Source of the DNA: Escherichia coli
GTDB lineage: Bacteria; Pseudomonadota; Gammaproteobacteria; Enterobacterales; Enterobacteriaceae
DNA length: 64,000 nucleotides
Direction: 5' to 3' (one strand)
Assembly: GCF_003018255.1 (NCBI RefSeq)
Contig: NZ_CP027440.1
Part shown: positions 57,788-64,000 of the stretch, in pieces
Layout: each line of letters begins with the position of its first letter
Position numbering within the stretch: position 1 is the stretch's first letter
The notes under the pieces: model-generated
Database searches by the model: none
The model's input: the letters and a program-made list of their open reading frames with translations, nothing else
Told to the model about the DNA's origin: nothing
Translations under genes and position numbers: made by a program

Positions 57788-58483
57788 TTACTTCAACCCG
57801 GTTTTCTGCTTCATCGCTGCCATCACCGTCGGTTTATCGGCCAGATAATGATGCAAACCGTTGGCACGTAAATTACACGCCGCACAATGACCGCAACCGT
57901 CGCCTTTAATGCCGTTATAACAGGTCAGCGTTTCGTTACGGACTAAATCCAGCTTGCCGTAATAATCTGCCAGCGCCCAGGTTTCCGCTTTATCAATCCA
58001 CATCAGCGGCGTTTCAAAACGAATGTCTTTCGCCATACCCAGACTGACGGCATGGTTCAGTGCTTTCACAAACTCATCGCGGCAATCCGGGTAGCCGGAG
58101 AAATCCGTTTCGCAGACGCCGGTAATCACCGCTTCTGCTTTTACCTGATACGCATATATTGCCGCCAGTGTCAGGAACAAAATATTACGCCCAGGGACAA
58201 ACGTATTCGGGATGCCATCGGCTTCAGGTTCATAATCTGGCACTGGAATGCTGTCACGTGTCAGGCTGCTGACCGCCAGCTCGTTGAGCAGCGTTACATC
58301 AAGAACCTTATGCGCGCGTGCCCCCAGTTTCAGCGCCAGTTCGCGTGCCACGTCGATTTCCGCGCGATGTCGCTGACCGTAATCGAACGTCACGCAATGG
58401 ACTTCATCATATTGTTGTAATGCCTGCACCAGACAGGTGGTAGAATCCTGGCCTCCACTGAACACAACGACAGCACGTTTCAT
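57788..58483 (-). CDS. queC: 7-cyano-7-deazaguanine synthase QueC (231 aa)
   Basis: [39 protein letters not shown]... (PP-loop SGGQDS); C-terminal zinc cluster CGHCAAC. Confidence 0.96.
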   Translation of the reverse strand: MKRAVVVFSGGQDSTTCLVQALQQYDEVHCVTFDYGQRHRAEIDVARELALKLGARAHKVLDVTLLNELAVSSLTRDSIPVPDYEPEADGIPNTFVPGRNILFLTLAAIYAYQVKAEAVITGVCETDFSGYPDCRDEFVKALNHAVSLGMAKDIRFETPLMWIDKAETWALADYYGKLDLVRNETLTCYNGIKGDGCGHCAACNLRANGLHHYLADKPTVMAAMKQKTGLK

Positions 58484-58547
58484 AGATAATCCTGCTTGAA
58501 CAATAAAAGCGTTATGGTAACGCCTGCGATGAACCCGGACCAGCTAT

Positions 58548-60248
58548 TCATTGCGACGGCGCGGGAAGCCAGGCTTCGGTAAATTCAAACCAGCCTCGCG
58601 GTGTCAGTCGCACACCGTTCACGCCGGGAGGGGCGCTAATGCGATAGTGATAGTTGAACAGCGGCGTCAGCGTCGCATCTGCCATTAACTGGCTAAAAAC
58701 CGCTTTCAGGGCATTAAATCGGTTTTCCTCATCAGGCATTACTTGCACCGCGTCCAGTGTCGATTGCAAATGTGCATATGCTGGAGCGTCGAAAACATGT
58801 GGCCATAGTGGATCGCAACGCAGCCATTGCTCCAGGGTATATTCCGGTGCTTCGCCAATTAATCTGTCGCCCATCATGAGGTCTGCGTGTGCCAGTAGGG
58901 TCGTGTCGTCCCAGTTTTTTGCGTTATGAAAAATAATTGTGAGTTCACAGCCTTCCGCTGCCAGTGTCGCCTGTAGACGTTCTGCCATGGTATGAAGTTC
59001 TATCGGTAGGTGATAAACCAGCGTCAAGGTTTTCGGTAGTTTGACCTCATCCGGTACTTGCCATTGCGGAATAGTCCAGCCTGGCAGTAATGCATGACTG
59101 GCGGTGATCAGGTTTTCTCCGACTTCTAACGTTTGTAATAAACCGGATTGATGAATAATGGAAATCACTTTTCGCGCCTGCCAGAGGGACAGTCGGGGAC
59201 TTTTGCGCAACGTTAAATAGCAAAAACCTAAACTGATGCCACTACTGACCTGGCTGACCCGTTGCAGCTCCTCCGGTTTGCCGATGGTGATTTGCACGGG
59301 ATGCCGACAACTGGTTCCCAAATCTTTTTCGAAAAGCGGCGGAGTTATCCAGTACTCAACCGCTTTAAGCAGCGGATGACGTAAATGGTAATAATCATGG
59401 CTTTCCAGGCGCACCAGCTCCGCTGTGAATTGTGTTAAGCGAAAAGGACCCGTGCCGATCAGTGGGAATTGCGGATGCGCCAGATGGCTGCAATAGCTCG
59501 CCAGTCGGTGCGCAAGCCAGTAATCGGGGCGATGTAAAAAGAAGGTCAGACACTGCGGATGGGTGACTTCAATACGCTTCACGCTAATAAATAATTGATC
59601 CAGTGCTGGCAGTTGTAACAGCAGCAATAATCGCTGGTGTAAGTGTGAGGCTTTTACTGCATCGCCGTTATGCCAGTGTAGGGTTGAACGAAGATAAAAG
59701 TCCCAGCGTAACCCGTCAGTAGAGGTTTCCCAGTGATGTGCTAAATCGCCAATCGGGCGCTGAGTATTATTATCGAAGCGGGTCAGGCCGGAAAATATCT
59801 GCCCGGCCAGATGCTGCTCGGCACGGCCGGGCAAAAAGCCCGGTTGTAGCGGTTCGAGCGGGCGATAGTAGGGAATACGCAACGTGGGCGTATCGTTTTG
59901 CCATTGTCCGCCCATAAACGGCTGTAACAGAGTGCGCAGCTCACCTGGGGCCAGTTGCGCCAGCTCCAGCACATCTTGCTGCTTTCCGGTTTCCAGCGCC
60001 TGTTCCATCATCGCATTGCGTAGCGATTCTGGCGTGACCAGAAAGCGTAGTTGCCCGCGTTTTCCGCGTCCTGACTGCGCCTGCCACTCCAGCCATCCCG
60101 CCTCCTGTGCCTGGCGTAACAGCGTACGAACATGGCGTTCGCTGCAAAAACAGCGTTCGGCCAGTTCGCTGACGGTGACGGTTTGCGGCTTTCCGGCGGA
60201 AGGTTGCCACAGACGTTGATACTGGTTAAGACGGTTGAGCAGTCGCAT
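58548..60248 (-). CDS. ybaE: SgrR-like transcriptional regulator YbaE: N-terminal wHTH plus family-5 solute-binding domain (566 aa)
   Basis: Trimmed to MRLLNRLNQYQRLWQPSAGKPQTVTVSELAERCFCSERHVRTLLRQAQEAGWLEWQAQSGRGKRGQLRFL, which aligns by eye with the SgrR N-terminal DNA-binding domain. Confidence 0.9.
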   Translation of the reverse strand: MRLLNRLNQYQRLWQPSAGKPQTVTVSELAERCFCSERHVRTLLRQAQEAGWLEWQAQSGRGKRGQLRFLVTPESLRNAMMEQALETGKQQDVLELAQLAPGELRTLLQPFMGGQWQNDTPTLRIPYYRPLEPLQPGFLPGRAEQHLAGQIFSGLTRFDNNTQRPIGDLAHHWETSTDGLRWDFYLRSTLHWHNGDAVKASHLHQRLLLLLQLPALDQLFISVKRIEVTHPQCLTFFLHRPDYWLAHRLASYCSHLAHPQFPLIGTGPFRLTQFTAELVRLESHDYYHLRHPLLKAVEYWITPPLFEKDLGTSCRHPVQITIGKPEELQRVSQVSSGISLGFCYLTLRKSPRLSLWQARKVISIIHQSGLLQTLEVGENLITASHALLPGWTIPQWQVPDEVKLPKTLTLVYHLPIELHTMAERLQATLAAEGCELTIIFHNAKNWDDTTLLAHADLMMGDRLIGEAPEYTLEQWLRCDPLWPHVFDAPAYAHLQSTLDAVQVMPDEENRFNALKAVFSQLMADATLTPLFNYHYRISAPPGVNGVRLTPRGWFEFTEAWLPAPSQ

Positions 60249-60347
60249 ATAAACCCGGAACAATATTATTTAACTATTCACTATTACTTCCGTATATATC
60301 AGGTGATACTCAATCACCATTAACCGTGTCACAGAGTGGAGAAAGAA

Positions 60348-61166
60348 ATGGCTCGTCTGGCAGCATTTGATATGGATGGCACTTTATTGATGCCTGACCA
60401 TCATTTAGGTGAGAAAACCCTCTCTACTTTGGCGCGACTGCGTGAACGCGACATTACCCTCACTTTTGCCACTGGGCGTCATGCGCTGGAGATGCAGCAT
60501 ATTCTCGGGGCGCTATCGCTGGATGCATATTTGATTACCGGCAACGGAACGCGCGTGCATTCTCTGGAAGGTGAACTTTTACATCGTGATGATTTACCTG
60601 CGGATGTCGCGGAGCTGGTGCTGTATCAGCAGTGGGATACCCGAGCCAGCATGCATATCTTCAATGACGACGGTTGGTTTACCGGGAAAGAGATCCCTGC
60701 GTTGTTGCAGGCATTTGTCTATAGTGGTTTTCGTTATCAGATAATCGATGTCAAAAAAATGCCACTCGGCAGCGTCACCAAGATCTGCTTCTGTGGCGAT
60801 CACGACGATCTTACACGCTTGCAGATCCAGCTATACGAAGCATTAGGCGAGCGTGCACATTTGTGTTTTTCCGCCACGGATTGCCTCGAAGTGCTGCCGG
60901 TGGGCTGCAATAAAGGCGCTGCATTGACGGTGCTGACCCAACATTTAGGTTTATCGTTGCGCGATTGCATGGCCTTTGGTGATGCGATGAACGATCGCGA
61001 AATGTTAGGCAACGTCGGTAGCGGATTTATTATGGGCAATGCGATGCCGCAATTGCGCGCGGAGCTCCCGCATTTACCGGTGATTGGACATTGCCGAAAT
61101 CAGGCTGTCTCTCACTATTTGACGCACTGGCTGGACTATCCACATCTACCTTATTCCCCCGAATAA
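60348..61166 (+). CDS. cof: HMP-PP phosphatase Cof, HAD superfamily (272 aa)
   Basis: Internal ATG at 60348: [23 protein letters not shown]...: HAD motif I DMDGTLL; C-terminal GDAMND. Confidence 0.94.
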
Positions 61167-61182
61167 CGAGATCCCTTCCAGC

Positions 61183-61208
61183 ACCGGGCAATTGCCCGGT
61201 TTTTTTTG
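61183..61208 (+). terminator. Rho-independent terminator after cof
   Basis: ccgggcaattgcccgg perfect palindrome followed by TTTTTTTT. Confidence 0.8.
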
Positions 61209-61318
61209 CGTTGAATTTGTCATTTTGTGCCGTGGTGTTTAAACCGCACAGAATAAATTGTCGCGATTTCACCTTTAAAATAGAATTAAAAGAGAAAAAA
61301 ATTCTCTGTGGAAGGGCT

Positions 61319-61777
61319 ATGTTAGATAAAATTGACCGTAAGCTGCTGGCCTTACTACAGCAGGATTGTACCCTCTCTTTGCAGGCACTGGCTGAAGCCG
61401 TTAATCTGACAACCACCCCGTGCTGGAAGCGTCTGAAACGGCTGGAGGACGACGGTATTCTTATCGGCAAAGTCGCCCTGCTGGATCCGGAAAAAATAGG
61501 CCTCGGCCTGACCGCCTTTGTGCTGATAAAAACGCAACATCACAGCAGCGAATGGTATTGCCGCTTTGTCACGGTGGTTACCGAAATGCCAGAAGTGCTG
61601 GGGTTCTGGCGCATGGCCGGTGAATACGATTATCTGATGCGCGTCCAGGTTGCCGACATGAAACGCTACGACGAGTTTTATAAGCGTTTGGTAAACAGCG
61701 TGCCGGGGCTGTCGGACGTCACTTCCAGCTTCGCGATGGAACAGATTAAATACACCACTTCTTTACCCATCGAATAA
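61319..61777 (+). CDS. ybaO: Lrp/AsnC-family transcriptional regulator YbaO (DecR), 152 aa
   Basis: Internal ATG at 61319: [59 protein letters not shown]...: HTH plus RAM domain; track ORF was over-extended by 76 codons. Confidence 0.93.
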
Positions 61778-61806
61778 ATATCCAGAATCAGGTCAGGACA
61801 CAACGC

Positions 61807-64000
<2,194 letters not shown>

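Noticed and set aside
61091-61318. 76-codon upstream extension of ybaO in the track
   Set aside because: It runs through the cof terminator hairpin and T-run (61183-61208); the Lrp-family N-terminus [10 protein letters not shown] starts at 61319.

Overview
This 64-kb window is a gene-dense stretch of enterobacterial core chromosome, and I do not find evidence of a new or undescribed biological system in it. Every substantial ORF translates to a protein I recognise from Escherichia coli K-12, in the K-12 order: aroL (3' end), yaiA, aroM, ppnP, rdgC, mak, araJ, sbcCD, phoBR, brnQ, proY, malZ, acpH, queA, tgt, yajC, secDF, yajD, tsx, yajI, nrdR, ribD, ribE, nusB, thiL, pgpA, yajO, dxs, ispA, xseB, thiI, yajL, panE, yajQ, yajR, cyoEDCBA, ampG, yajG, bolA, tig, clpP, clpX, lon, hupB, ppiD, ybaV, fadM, queC, ybaE, cof, ybaO, mdlA, mdlB (5' end). 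I see no rRNA, tRNA, CRISPR array, integrase, transposase, or foreign-looking island. Intergenic space holds REP/BIME palindromes, rho-independent terminators, a Pho box and heat-shock promoters. All identifications rest on reading the translations and on recall of the E. coli proteins and gene order; no database search was run. Gene starts were refined from the six-frame track to the in-frame start codon that reproduces the known N-terminus. The findings are modest: an ORF with no ATG start at the ykiA position, a structured brnQ leader, an SgrR-like regulator divergent from cof, palindromes upstream of cyoA, and a likely small RNA between clpX and lon.
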